Both the position numbers and the translations under genes were made by a program. Below are positions 18,678-27,959 of a stretch of DNA of 64,000 nucleotides, one piece after another (positions within the stretch are counted from its first letter, which is position 1; every line of letters begins with the position of its first letter). The notes under the pieces are model-generated. The model was not told where the DNA came from, made no database searches, and worked only from the letters and a program-made list of their open reading frames with translations. Source of the DNA: Bradymonadia bacterium (lineage in GTDB: Bacteria; Myxococcota_A; Bradymonadia; UBA7976; UBA1532). Location: the NCBI GenBank assembly GCA_049318805.1, contig JBMOFP010000001.1, forward strand, positions 61,247 through 125,246. The letters are read 5' to 3'.

Positions 18678-19738
18678 GGCGGGCTGGCGCCGGTCGCGTC
18701 GGCGAGGGGCGGCATCTCCGCGGGCAGGCCCGCGATCTGCGGGCGCTCACGCAGCTCGTCCAGGTGCGCGACGGCCTCGGTGCGGATGCCGAAGGCCCAC
18801 GTGCCCACGTCGAGGCTGGGTCCCGTTTGGGTGTAACCGAGGCGTTGTCGCGCCAGGGCCTGGAGCTTCTGCGCCTCTTCGGGGCAGCGCTTGACGAAGT
18901 CGTGGAAGACCTCACGCGGGAGCACGTAGGTCGTGAGCACCGAGAGCGCCTCGAGCGTGGCCATGGCCGGCATCTCGTAGAGCATCGAGACCTCGCCGAA
19001 GACGTCTCCGGGGCCGAGTTTGCCGAGCGTCTCCACGCGGCGACCCAGGGCGTAACGCCAGACCTTCACCCGCCCACTGACCACGATCCCGAAGCCGATG
19101 CCTTCCTGGCCCTCGCGCAGCAAGACCTCCCCGGCCGCGCGGGTCAACGGGACGAAGCGCGTGAAGAGCTCGTGTCGGCGATTCGCGTCCAGAGACGAGA
19201 AGAGGCTGCCTGGGGGCACGAGCTGGGAGAGCAGCCGGTCGCGATAGACCGCCGAGAGGATCTGCTCCAACGGGGGGAAGTACTGCACGAGCTGACCGAG
19301 GATCTTGCGGGAGACCCCGAGCAGCTCGGTCGGCTCGCGTGCGGTGACCGTGGCGGTGCGCGGTGTACCCGCGAGCGCCGCGATCTCGCCGAAGGATTGG
19401 CCCTTGCCCAGCGTCGCGAGGCGGCCGGGGCCGTCGCGGTCGACCTCGACGAGACCCGACAACACCACGTACACGGTATCGGAGCGCTCGCCTTCGCGGA
19501 CCACGACCTCGCCCGGTGCGAGTCGCACCACCGGTGAGTGCTCGGCGACGGTGACGAGGGCCTCCGCGGCCTTGCCGGCCACTCCGAAGCGGGCGGCATA
19601 GCGCGACATGAACTCGAGCGCGGTCTCGCGTTGGCCGCCCTGGCTGAAGACCCGCGCCAGGTGTAGCGCCGGACCCAGTGGCCACGGTTGAGCGCCATGG
19701 AGCGTGACGGCGTCGTCGAGTGTGGGCGAGGTCGTCAC
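18674..19738 (-). CDS. Tandem cyclic-nucleotide-binding domain protein
   Basis: Two cNMP domains (GQSFGEIA..PRTATV; GDVFGEVS..PAMATL). GTG start overlaps the upstream stop. Confidence 0.85.
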   Translation of the reverse strand: MTTSPTLDDAVTLHGAQPWPLGPALHLARVFSQGGQRETALEFMSRYAARFGVAGKAAEALVTVAEHSPVVRLAPGEVVVREGERSDTVYVVLSGLVEVDRDGPGRLATLGKGQSFGEIAALAGTPRTATVTAREPTELLGVSRKILGQLVQYFPPLEQILSAVYRDRLLSQLVPPGSLFSSLDANRRHELFTRFVPLTRAAGEVLLREGQEGIGFGIVVSGRVKVWRYALGRRVETLGKLGPGDVFGEVSMLYEMPAMATLEALSVLTTYVLPREVFHDFVKRCPEEAQKLQALARQRLGYTQTGPSLDVGTWAFGIRTEAVAHLDELRERPQIAGLPAEMPPLADATGASPP

Positions 19739-21690
19739 GGCGCGGTCCCCTGGAGCAAACAGACACGGACCGGCGCGCGACCTACGGGGACACGGCGCGC
19801 AGTCACCACGCCGGGCACGGGCGTCTCGACCTGGAGAGGCCGCGCCTTGCCGTCGGGCCCCGTGACCTCGGCCCGCACCGCGCCGTTGGGGCGGAAGGCC
19901 TGCGCGCGCCGGGGGGTGACGTCGACCTCGACGCTGGAGACGGGAGCGTCCGCCGCGGTGCGCAGGCTGACGCAGAACCGCGCGGCGGTGTCCTCGGGGG
20001 GGTCGGCGAAGGGATTCCAGGTGGCCGCCCACTCCAGCCCGGCGTTGAAGCTCGACGGCGCACCCGCGGTGTCCGTCGGGGGCAGCGGAGCGTTGCCACT
20101 GCTGGCCGAGAGGCCGGGCACCGGTTCGTTTCGCACCACCTTGAAGCCGTAGAAGGGCGCGAGGGAACGGTCGGGCGCGAGGTTCGCCGGGAGCCCGCCG
20201 AAGGCCGCCCAACTGTGCTCGTTGTCGTTCACGAGGCCGCCCCAGGCGCGTCGACCGGCGTCGAAGGCGGCGTAAGCCGGGCGCCCTTGTGTGGCCCACG
20301 GCAGGATCTTGTCGGCGCGCCCGTGAGAGACCCCGAAGGGCGCCATCTCGTCGGCGAGCCGCTCGCGCACCTGCACGGCATGGGACTGCCAGCGCCAGAC
20401 AGGCGTGCCCGCGTAGCGTGTCAGGGCGGTCGCCAGGCCCGCGGGGGCGTCGAGTTCGATGGGCAACGCGGTCGCGGGCTCGCCCCACTTCATCGCCGCG
20501 TCGGCCACCCACGGGCCGGCGTCGTCTGGGGCGGTCATCGGCTGGCTCGCGTACGCCGCGGCAAAGACCTGCGGATAGCGGGTGGCCAGCGCCAGCGCGC
20601 CGGTGCCGCCCATGGAGTGCCCGAAGACGTAGACACGGTTCGGATCGACCCGCGGCCCGAGCTTCGGGTCCGCGAGCAGGTCCTGCACCATGCGCAAGAG
20701 ACGCTGCTCCGTGTAGTTCACGACGACGTCGCCCGCGGCAGGCAGGCCGCCCTTGCGGAAGTCGTGCCCCTTCGCGAAGCCGAACCACCAGGTCTGGTGC
20801 AGGTCCGAGGGCTCGATCTGAAGCGCGCAGTACCACGGGGTCGCCGCGAGCCTCATCGAGTAGCGGTCATCGCCCCAGCCGTGCAGATTCAAGAGCACGG
20901 GCAGGCGCTCCGGGGGCTTGTCCCCGCAGCTCTTCGGATCGGGCTCCGAGACCTGGTAGGTGTAGGCGAAGACTTCGGCGTCGCTCACGCCCGGCAGGTC
21001 TTCGTCGAGCCCGAGGTACCGATTTCCCGCGCGGGGGGCGTGGAACGTGCCGTTCCAGCGGCGGGCGTCCATGTACTGCACGAAGGCGTGGCCGAGGCCA
21101 TCGGCGCTCGACGAAACGCGCACGGCGGCCGGCGGGGCGACACGTTCGGTCACCGGAGGGGCGGCGTCCACCCAGACCGGCGGAGCGTCGGGCTCGGGCA
21201 AGGCGGCCACGGCGTAGTGCCCGAGGCCTTCGGCCGCGCCGCCGAGATCCTCGGGGTGCAGCGTCACGACAAAGAGACCGCGGCCCTCGGGCACCTGCCC
21301 CCGTGCGGGATCGACGACGAGACGTTCGATCACCCGGGGGGCGTACCGGTCGCCGTCGCCTCGGTAGCGGTCACCGTAGGCGCGCGCGGACCCTACGGCC
21401 ACCTCGGCGAGGGGCTTCAGGCCCGACACCGCGGCGGCGTTCAGCGGCGCGCTGGCCCGGTACAGGCGAAACCGTTCGCCGCCCTTCTCGGGGAAGGTGA
21501 TGAAGGTCTGCCCGGCGCGGTGCACGACCTCGAGGGCGGCGCCGTCCAGGGCCGGCGGAGGTGTGCTCGCGCTCGCGCTCGCGGGCGCCGCGGAGGCGTG
21601 CGCAGTCTGGGCTTCGGTGCCCGGTCGTGGTTTCCCGCAGGCCACGAAGCCCGTGAGAGCGACCGCGACACCGAGTGCCGTGGCCCTCAT
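19735..21690 (-). CDS. Lipoprotein alpha/beta hydrolase (esterase/S9-like)
   Basis: Lipobox FVAC, LHGWG oxyanion motif, GHSMGG nucleophile and HGRADK acid region. Confidence 0.8.
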   Translation of the reverse strand: MRATALGVAVALTGFVACGKPRPGTEAQTAHASAAPASASASTPPPALDGAALEVVHRAGQTFITFPEKGGERFRLYRASAPLNAAAVSGLKPLAEVAVGSARAYGDRYRGDGDRYAPRVIERLVVDPARGQVPEGRGLFVVTLHPEDLGGAAEGLGHYAVAALPEPDAPPVWVDAAPPVTERVAPPAAVRVSSSADGLGHAFVQYMDARRWNGTFHAPRAGNRYLGLDEDLPGVSDAEVFAYTYQVSEPDPKSCGDKPPERLPVLLNLHGWGDDRYSMRLAATPWYCALQIEPSDLHQTWWFGFAKGHDFRKGGLPAAGDVVVNYTEQRLLRMVQDLLADPKLGPRVDPNRVYVFGHSMGGTGALALATRYPQVFAAAYASQPMTAPDDAGPWVADAAMKWGEPATALPIELDAPAGLATALTRYAGTPVWRWQSHAVQVRERLADEMAPFGVSHGRADKILPWATQGRPAYAAFDAGRRAWGGLVNDNEHSWAAFGGLPANLAPDRSLAPFYGFKVVRNEPVPGLSASSGNAPLPPTDTAGAPSSFNAGLEWAATWNPFADPPEDTAARFCVSLRTAADAPVSSVEVDVTPRRAQAFRPNGAVRAEVTGPDGKARPLQVETPVPGVVTARRVPVGRAPVRVCLLQGTAP

Positions 21691-22001
21691 GGTCGGGTGA
21701 GCAGGCCGACCGGCTGGCACGCGATGGAGTCGACGGTCATGCGGGCGAGCGTGTGTTTGGCCACCTCGCGCACGAGCGGGTGCGGATCGCCGAGCATCGC
21801 CTCGAGGCGGCGGCGACTCTCGTGGTCTTCGCGACCGCCGAGCTGTCGGGTGGCGGCGAGGCGCACCTTGAACGAGTCGCTGTGGGAGAGGCGCAGCGCG
21901 TCCTGCTCCAGGGTGTGGTCGCGGCACACCGCGCCCAGGCCGGATCCGGCAAGCACAGCGACGCTCAGCACGAAGGACCAGCTCTGGAAGAACGCTCGCA
22001 T
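21687..22001 (-). CDS. Small exported HEAT-repeat protein
   Basis: Hydrophobic leader followed by DSFKVRLAA..LG and DPHPLVREVA HEAT units; overlaps the next gene's start. Confidence 0.65.
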   Translation of the reverse strand: MRAFFQSWSFVLSVAVLAGSGLGAVCRDHTLEQDALRLSHSDSFKVRLAATRQLGGREDHESRRRLEAMLGDPHPLVREVAKHTLARMTVDSIACQPVGLLTRP

Positions 22002-22102
22002 GGGCTCACTCCGACAAGGTACTTTTATATCCTGTAACGTAATCCAATGTAGGTCAAGGTCGCAGCGGCGATTTTTCGCGCGGCGTCTGGTAAGTGCAGT
22101 CC

Positions 22103-23704
22103 ATGGACGCGGACACCTACGACTTCGTCATCGTCGGCTCGGGCTTCGGCGGCAGCGTGAGCGCCCTGCGGCTGGCCGAGAAGGGCTACCGCGTGCTCGT
22201 GCTCGAGCGCGGGCGGCGCCTGCAGGCCGACGATTTTCCCAAGACGAACTGGTCGCTGAGCCGGTGGTTGTGGCTCCCCCAGGTCGGGTTTCGCGGCCTC
22301 TTCAACATGAGTTTCATGCCCCACGTGACCGCGCTCTCGGGCGTCGGCGTGGGGGGCGGCTCGCTGGTCTACGCCAACACCTTGCCGGTGCCGAAGAGCC
22401 CGTTTTTCAAGGCGCCTTCCTGGGCACACCTCGCGGACTGGGAGCGCGAGCTCGCGCCGCACTATCAGACCGCGCTGCGGATGCTCGGGGCCACGAAGAA
22501 CCCGCACATGACGTACCCGGACGAGGTGCTCCGCGAGGTCGGTCGTGACCTGGGTCGCGAGGCGGGCTTCGAGCCGGCGAATGTCGCGGTCTACTTCGGC
22601 GACCCCAGCAAGAGCACGCCCGACCCCTTCTTCGACGGGCAGGGGCCCGCGCGGGTCGGGTGCAATGGCTGCGGTGGCTGCATGCTCGGGTGTCGTTTCG
22701 GCGCCAAAAACACGCTCGACAAGAACTACTTGTACCTTGCGGAGCGCCTGGGCGCGCGCATCGAGGCCGACACCGAGGTCGTGGACGTTCGGCCCGTGAA
22801 CGGCGACGCCGCCGCCCACGGCTACGAGGTCCACGCCCGCTTCGGCACCTCGTTCATCGAGGCCGAGAACGAGCCCCGGACGTGGCGCGCGCGACAGGTG
22901 GTCTTCGCGGGCGGGGTCATGGGCACCGTCGAGCTCCTCCTCAAGCTCCGAGAGTCGGGCTCGCTCCCACGCCTCTCGCCGCGACTCGGCGAGTTCGTGC
23001 GCACCAACAGCGAGGTCTTGATGGGGGTCGTGACCGAGAAGCGGGACCGCGACCTGTCGCGGGGCATCGCCATCGGCTCGATCCTGCACACGGACGCCGA
23101 CAGCCACCTGGAGCCCGTGCGCTACCCGGCGGGCGCGGGTTTCTTTCGCACGCTCGCGCTCCCCCATGCGCCCGGCGAGACCGTGGGCCGACGCCTCAGC
23201 CACGCGCTGGGCTTCTTCCTGCGGCACCCGATCAAGACCCTGCGCGCGTTCTTTGTGCCCGACTGGGCAAAGTTCACGATGATCCTGCTCTACATGCGCA
23301 CCGGCGAGGGCCACCTGCGCATGCGGCTCGGGCGCGGGGTGCACAACGGCTTTCGCCGCGGCGTGACCACGGAGCTCACGGGCGGCGCGGCGCCCAAAGC
23401 GTGGCTCCCCGAAGCGACCGACCTGGGGCGGCGCGTGGCCTCGAAGATCGACGGCATGCCCCAGAGCATCCTCACGGAGACACTCTTCGGCGTGCCCACG
23501 ACGGCGCACATCCTCGGCGGCTCGACCATGGGCGAGACCGCCGAGTCGGGGGTCATCGACGCGCAACACCGCGTCCACGGCCACCCTGGACTCTACGTCA
23601 TCGATGGCTCCGCGGTTTCGGCGAACCCGGGCGTGAACCCCTCGCTCACCATCACCGCGCTGGCGGAGCGGGCGATGACGTTCATCCCGGTCAAGGCGTC
23701 CTGA
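22103..23704 (+). CDS. Cholesterol oxidase-like GMC oxidoreductase (ChoD type)
   Basis: GSGFGGSVSALRLAEKGY, GVGGGSLVYANTL, C..CG.CM.GCR.GAKNTLDKNYL, TAHILGG and ANPGVNPSLTITALAER motifs. Confidence 0.9.
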   Translation: MDADTYDFVIVGSGFGGSVSALRLAEKGYRVLVLERGRRLQADDFPKTNWSLSRWLWLPQVGFRGLFNMSFMPHVTALSGVGVGGGSLVYANTLPVPKSPFFKAPSWAHLADWERELAPHYQTALRMLGATKNPHMTYPDEVLREVGRDLGREAGFEPANVAVYFGDPSKSTPDPFFDGQGPARVGCNGCGGCMLGCRFGAKNTLDKNYLYLAERLGARIEADTEVVDVRPVNGDAAAHGYEVHARFGTSFIEAENEPRTWRARQVVFAGGVMGTVELLLKLRESGSLPRLSPRLGEFVRTNSEVLMGVVTEKRDRDLSRGIAIGSILHTDADSHLEPVRYPAGAGFFRTLALPHAPGETVGRRLSHALGFFLRHPIKTLRAFFVPDWAKFTMILLYMRTGEGHLRMRLGRGVHNGFRRGVTTELTGGAAPKAWLPEATDLGRRVASKIDGMPQSILTETLFGVPTTAHILGGSTMGETAESGVIDAQHRVHGHPGLYVIDGSAVSANPGVNPSLTITALAERAMTFIPVKAS

Positions 23705-23713
23705 GCCGTCGAC

Positions 23714-26191
23714 TCAGTCCGGGCAGGTTCCGAAGAGTCCGTGCGCGAGGTAGACGTCGGCCTGTCCATCCGTGAAGTCCCAGTACGCGAAGGCCAGCTC
23801 GGACCCTGTCCAGATGAGCGAAGCGTCGTTCGCTCCGGACCCCCCGCGTACACCTTCGACGACGCGGCCCGGGCGGGTCACCGCGTTGCCCTGCGTGTCG
23901 ATCCTTTGGAACCAAAGGTCCCGAGTGACGACGACATCGTCTTGAAACTGGGCCCAGACGACGCCGAGGCTTTGGCCCGTCCACGCGATGCTCGGATGAA
24001 ACGCCGTCACGGTCGAGAGACGGAACGGACCTCGAAGCCCGTTCAGGTCCGCCTCGAAGTGCACCACGTGCACGCCGGGGTTCGGCGTCCCGTCGAAGTG
24101 CGCCCAGACCATGGCGGCCCCAGTGGCCGTGGTCGTCAGGGACACTGATCGGTCGGCGGGCTCGACCGTGATGGCCCGAGCCGCCTCGACCTGGACGAGC
24201 AGGCCACCCGCGTATCGGACGCGCGCGGCCTGGACACCCCCTTCTCCGGCCCAGCCGATGAAGAAGCCGTCACCGAACGAAGCCATGGCCACGGTCGACT
24301 CGCCGGCGGAGCGCCCGACGATCAGCGGGTTCCCGACACGCGCATCGAGCCCCGACGAGAGGACCTGCGCTTCGACTTCGCGACTGCCATCCCGCTGCGC
24401 TCGAGTGAAGACCACGAGGTAGTTCCCGTCCGGGAGCGCGGCGATGCTCGGCTCGAACAACGCGAATCGGTCCGGTGGGGCCACGAACTGGCCGGTAATG
24501 GTGCTCGGCAGCTCGGCCGTGGCGACGCCGTCCCGGTCGAGCCTGGCCGTCGAGACATGATGGCGCGAGGTATCGACCCCCAGTCGGTCCTGCCAGATGA
24601 CGATGGTCGACGCCGGACTCGCCAGGAGTTTCGGGGAGCCGGTGTTGTACGGATTGTTCGCGGCGGCGGCGCCGATGTTCGTCCGCGGGGTGAGGACACG
24701 ATCGTCCAATCCGACCGCCGCAGCCGAGAACTGGCGCGGGTCTCCGTCGTCGTAGAAGGCCAGGACGAATCGTTCGCCGTCGAAGGCGACGCCGGGCGGT
24801 CCGACGGCGCCGGGGCCGTTCGTCACGCGTACGGAGGGGCCCGGAGTGGGGGCGACGTCGTCGACGGCGCCGTTGCAGTCGTCGTCCACCCCATTGCACA
24901 CCTCATCGACCGGCTCCCCGGGCCGGCACGGCGTCACCTCGCCCTCGACACACTCCGAGGGGAAGCTCGTCGCGGCACAGCGCCCCTCACCGCAAGTGAC
25001 CGATGCATAGTCTTCGTCACTCTTTCCGTCACAGTCTTCGTCGAGCCCGTCGCACGTCACGTCGCGCGGAAACGGCGGCTCGCCGAGGGGGCCCAGGCAC
25101 GCCATCGCGCCCCCTACACACGACATGGTCCCGGGGACTCTGCAGACGCCCAGACCCAGGAAACACACCGGACCCACGGGCACCTGCTCATCGACACGCC
25201 CGTCGCAGTCGTTGTCCAGCCCATCGCAGAGTGTGTCCATGGCCAGGTAGTTCGGGAGGGTGTTGAGCGACGGCTCCACGGCGGGCCGGCCGCCCATGCA
25301 GCCCAGCTGGCGCACGGCGCAGACGCCCTGCTCGCCCGCGGGGCCCTCCAATTGCTCGTCGGTCTCGTCGTCGCAGTCGTCGTCGACCCCGTTGCAGGCC
25401 TCGGCGCGGGGCAGAGGCCCGACGCACGTCGCCGCGCCGTCCCGACACTCGAGGATCCCTTCTCGGCACGGCCCGACGGCCGCCCGAGGCACACAGGGAA
25501 GCCCGATCACGTCGAGATCGCTCTCGTCGACCGCCTCGTCGCAGTCGTCGTCGAGGCCGTTGCAGGCGATTTCGATCAGGAAGACGGATGGAACGCAGAC
25601 GGCGCCTCGGTCGGGGTCGCACGCCCAGTCACCGGGCACTCGACACAGGCCTCGCACGAGCTCACAGGGCGCTCCAGGGGCTGGGGTCTCGCCGAGGCCG
25701 GCGTCACAATCGAGCTCTGCCGCGCCACACGTTTCGTCTTGAACGGCGCAGCCCGCGTCGACTTCGGGGAGGGGCGCATCGAGCACAGGCGCAGCGTCTG
25801 TGGGCCCGACCATCGCATCGACGTCCTGGGTCGGCACGTCGGTCGGAGAGGTCGCGTCGAGCACCACCGAGGTGTCGGGCCTCGTCGGTGCGGCGTCGGC
25901 CACGGCGTCGGGCCGGGCGTCCTGCAACGTGGGGGCGACGTCGGTGACCGGGGCGACGTCGAGGACCAGGGCGGCGTCGCCCGTGGGCGCGTCTTGCGGG
26001 AACTCGACGTCTCGTGTGATCGCATCCGGCGCGGTCGAGTCGGGGGGCGCGGCGACACACTCGCCCTCGCGACAGGCCTCGCCGCCCGGGCAGCCGTCGT
26101 CCGACGAGCACGGCAGGAGCGGCTCAGGGGACAGGCAGCCCGCCAGGGCGAGGCCGGCGGCCGTGAGTGACCCCCATCGCGACCACTGCAT
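23714..26191 (-). CDS. Cys-rich lipoprotein with MopE-related/putative metal-binding repeats and a C-terminal beta-rich domain
   Basis: Lipobox LAGC, DA-rich linker and five CNG.DDDCDG..DE-type repeats. Confidence 0.85.
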   Translation of the reverse strand: MQWSRWGSLTAAGLALAGCLSPEPLLPCSSDDGCPGGEACREGECVAAPPDSTAPDAITRDVEFPQDAPTGDAALVLDVAPVTDVAPTLQDARPDAVADAAPTRPDTSVVLDATSPTDVPTQDVDAMVGPTDAAPVLDAPLPEVDAGCAVQDETCGAAELDCDAGLGETPAPGAPCELVRGLCRVPGDWACDPDRGAVCVPSVFLIEIACNGLDDDCDEAVDESDLDVIGLPCVPRAAVGPCREGILECRDGAATCVGPLPRAEACNGVDDDCDDETDEQLEGPAGEQGVCAVRQLGCMGGRPAVEPSLNTLPNYLAMDTLCDGLDNDCDGRVDEQVPVGPVCFLGLGVCRVPGTMSCVGGAMACLGPLGEPPFPRDVTCDGLDEDCDGKSDEDYASVTCGEGRCAATSFPSECVEGEVTPCRPGEPVDEVCNGVDDDCNGAVDDVAPTPGPSVRVTNGPGAVGPPGVAFDGERFVLAFYDDGDPRQFSAAAVGLDDRVLTPRTNIGAAAANNPYNTGSPKLLASPASTIVIWQDRLGVDTSRHHVSTARLDRDGVATAELPSTITGQFVAPPDRFALFEPSIAALPDGNYLVVFTRAQRDGSREVEAQVLSSGLDARVGNPLIVGRSAGESTVAMASFGDGFFIGWAGEGGVQAARVRYAGGLLVQVEAARAITVEPADRSVSLTTTATGAAMVWAHFDGTPNPGVHVVHFEADLNGLRGPFRLSTVTAFHPSIAWTGQSLGVVWAQFQDDVVVTRDLWFQRIDTQGNAVTRPGRVVEGVRGGSGANDASLIWTGSELAFAYWDFTDGQADVYLAHGLFGTCPD

Positions 26192-26874
26192 CAGAAACTC
26201 CCCAGGACGAACGCGCCGCCGGGTACGACACCGAGCCCGACGCGCGCCTTTTCGTCGCCCTCGTCGAGCAGGAGCCAGGCGCCTGCGCCGCCCAACGCCG
26301 CGGACAGGGCGAGACACGAGACCGCGACGGTCGACTGGGTCGACAGGTCAGAGACGGCCGCATCCCGCGCTTCGGCCTGGGCCGGCTCATAGCGTCCGGT
26401 TTGCGCCTGTGTGTCGAGGGCCTTGAACAAGAAGAGCGTACCGACGGCCAGTGAGGCGCCGGCGCCGGCCACGAGGCCCCATCCCAGGGGGCGCCGCCAA
26501 CCATCGGGGTGGGTTTCAGGGGCCTCCGACGTCGTGTGCAGCGCGTTCGGGGCCGGAGTCGCCGCCGCACCGCGAGGTTCATCGACGGGGGCCGTGGGCG
26601 TCGAGGTGACCGCGGCCGGCGCGCCCGACGCGAGCGGGAGCTCGACGAGCAATGCGGCCGGAACGTCTGCCTGCACGTCGACGAGGCGCGTCTTGGAGGC
26701 GCGCCCAGCAAGCTCGAAGCGCACGGCGTGGGTGCCCGGCGCGACGCGGGTTTGGAAGGGCGTAGAACCCCGCGCGGTGGTTTCGTCGTTCAGGAAAACA
26801 CTCGCCCCGGCGGGGTCCGAGGTGAGCATCAGCGGTGTGCCGGACTTACTGAGCCGGTCACGCAGCGAACGCAC
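26191..26874 (-). CDS. PEGA-domain protein with C-terminal TM hairpin, probably 5'-truncated
   Basis: LTSDPAGASVFLN..GSTP..PGTHAVRFELAG PEGA motif. No signal peptide, and an in-frame TGA at 26932-26934. Confidence 0.6.
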   Translation of the reverse strand: MRSLRDRLSKSGTPLMLTSDPAGASVFLNDETTARGSTPFQTRVAPGTHAVRFELAGRASKTRLVDVQADVPAALLVELPLASGAPAAVTSTPTAPVDEPRGAAATPAPNALHTTSEAPETHPDGWRRPLGWGLVAGAGASLAVGTLFLFKALDTQAQTGRYEPAQAEARDAAVSDLSTQSTVAVSCLALSAALGGAGAWLLLDEGDEKARVGLGVVPGGAFVLGSF

Positions 26875-27000
26875 GACGAGGCCGACTTCGGCATGGCGGG
26901 CGGGCGCCTCTCCGAGTATCGGCTCGGTCTCTCAGGGAGCGGGAACCGTGGGTCCGTCGCAAGCTTTCGTCCATGCCTCGACGGAGGCCCGACCCGCACC

Positions 27001-27945
27001 TCACTCGATGAGCAGGTCGCGCTCCGGCAGGGCATCCACGGGGCTCGCGGCGGTCTCGCCGCTGCCGTCGATGCGCGGGGATTGACCGCGCAAGACCGAG
27101 TTGCCCTCGTACAGGTTGCGCTGGTCGATGGCCGCCGGCGCGAGCCAGTCCTGCTCGCTCATCTGCCCGCTCTGGCTGTAGGCCGCGAGCGCATTCGCGT
27201 AGCAGACCTTACGCACGTCCGCCTCGGCGATGCCCCGGGCCAACATGAGGCGCCCGGTCTTCGGCACGGCGAGGGGGTCGCTCTTGCCCCAGTCGGCGCT
27301 GGAGTCGACGAAGATGCGGTCGCTCCCGAACCGGCGGACCACGTCCACCATGCGCTCCGAGCCCATCTTCGTCTGCGGGTAGAGCGTGAAGGCCGCCCAG
27401 AAGCCCCGGTCGAGGGTGTCGCGGACCGTCTCCTCGTTGTTGTGGTCGATGATGACCTTCGAGGGGTCGAGTCCATGCTCGATGCACACGTCCATGGACC
27501 GACGTGTGCCCGTCGTTTTGTCCCGGTGCGGGGTGTGAATCAGCACCAGCATGTCGAGCTCCTTGGCGAGCTCGAGCTGGGCGCGGAAGTACTTGTCCTC
27601 GAGGGCGGATTGTTCGTCGTAGCCGATCTCGCCGATGGCGACGACGCCCTCCTTCGTGGCGAAACGCGGCAGGACCTCCATCACCGCCTCGGCGAGCGCC
27701 TCGTCGTTGGCCTCCTTGGAGTTCAACCCGATGGTGCAGTAGTGCCGAATGCCGAACTGCGACGCTCGAAAGCGCTCCCAGCCGACGATGGTCGAGAGGT
27801 AGTCGGCGTAGGTCTCGGCGCTGGTGCGCGGCTGCCCCAGCCAGAACGCGGGCTCGATGACGGCGACGATGCCCGCGGCGGCCATGGCCTCGTAGTCGTC
27901 CGTCGTGCGGGCGTTCATGTGGATGTGCGGATCGATGAAGAACAT
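27001..27945 (-). CDS. eboB: TatD-family metallohydrolase, EboB type
   Basis: DPHIHMNARTTDDYEAM..EPAFWLGQPRT, GLNSKEAN, GEIGYD, HTPHRDK and DSSADWG motifs; adjacent to eboA. Confidence 0.88.
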   Translation of the reverse strand: MFFIDPHIHMNARTTDDYEAMAAAGIVAVIEPAFWLGQPRTSAETYADYLSTIVGWERFRASQFGIRHYCTIGLNSKEANDEALAEAVMEVLPRFATKEGVVAIGEIGYDEQSALEDKYFRAQLELAKELDMLVLIHTPHRDKTTGTRRSMDVCIEHGLDPSKVIIDHNNEETVRDTLDRGFWAAFTLYPQTKMGSERMVDVVRRFGSDRIFVDSSADWGKSDPLAVPKTGRLMLARGIAEADVRKVCYANALAAYSQSGQMSEQDWLAPAAIDQRNLYEGNSVLRGQSPRIDGSGETAASPVDALPERDLLIE

Positions 27946-27959
27946 GAGGACTCCGGTGC

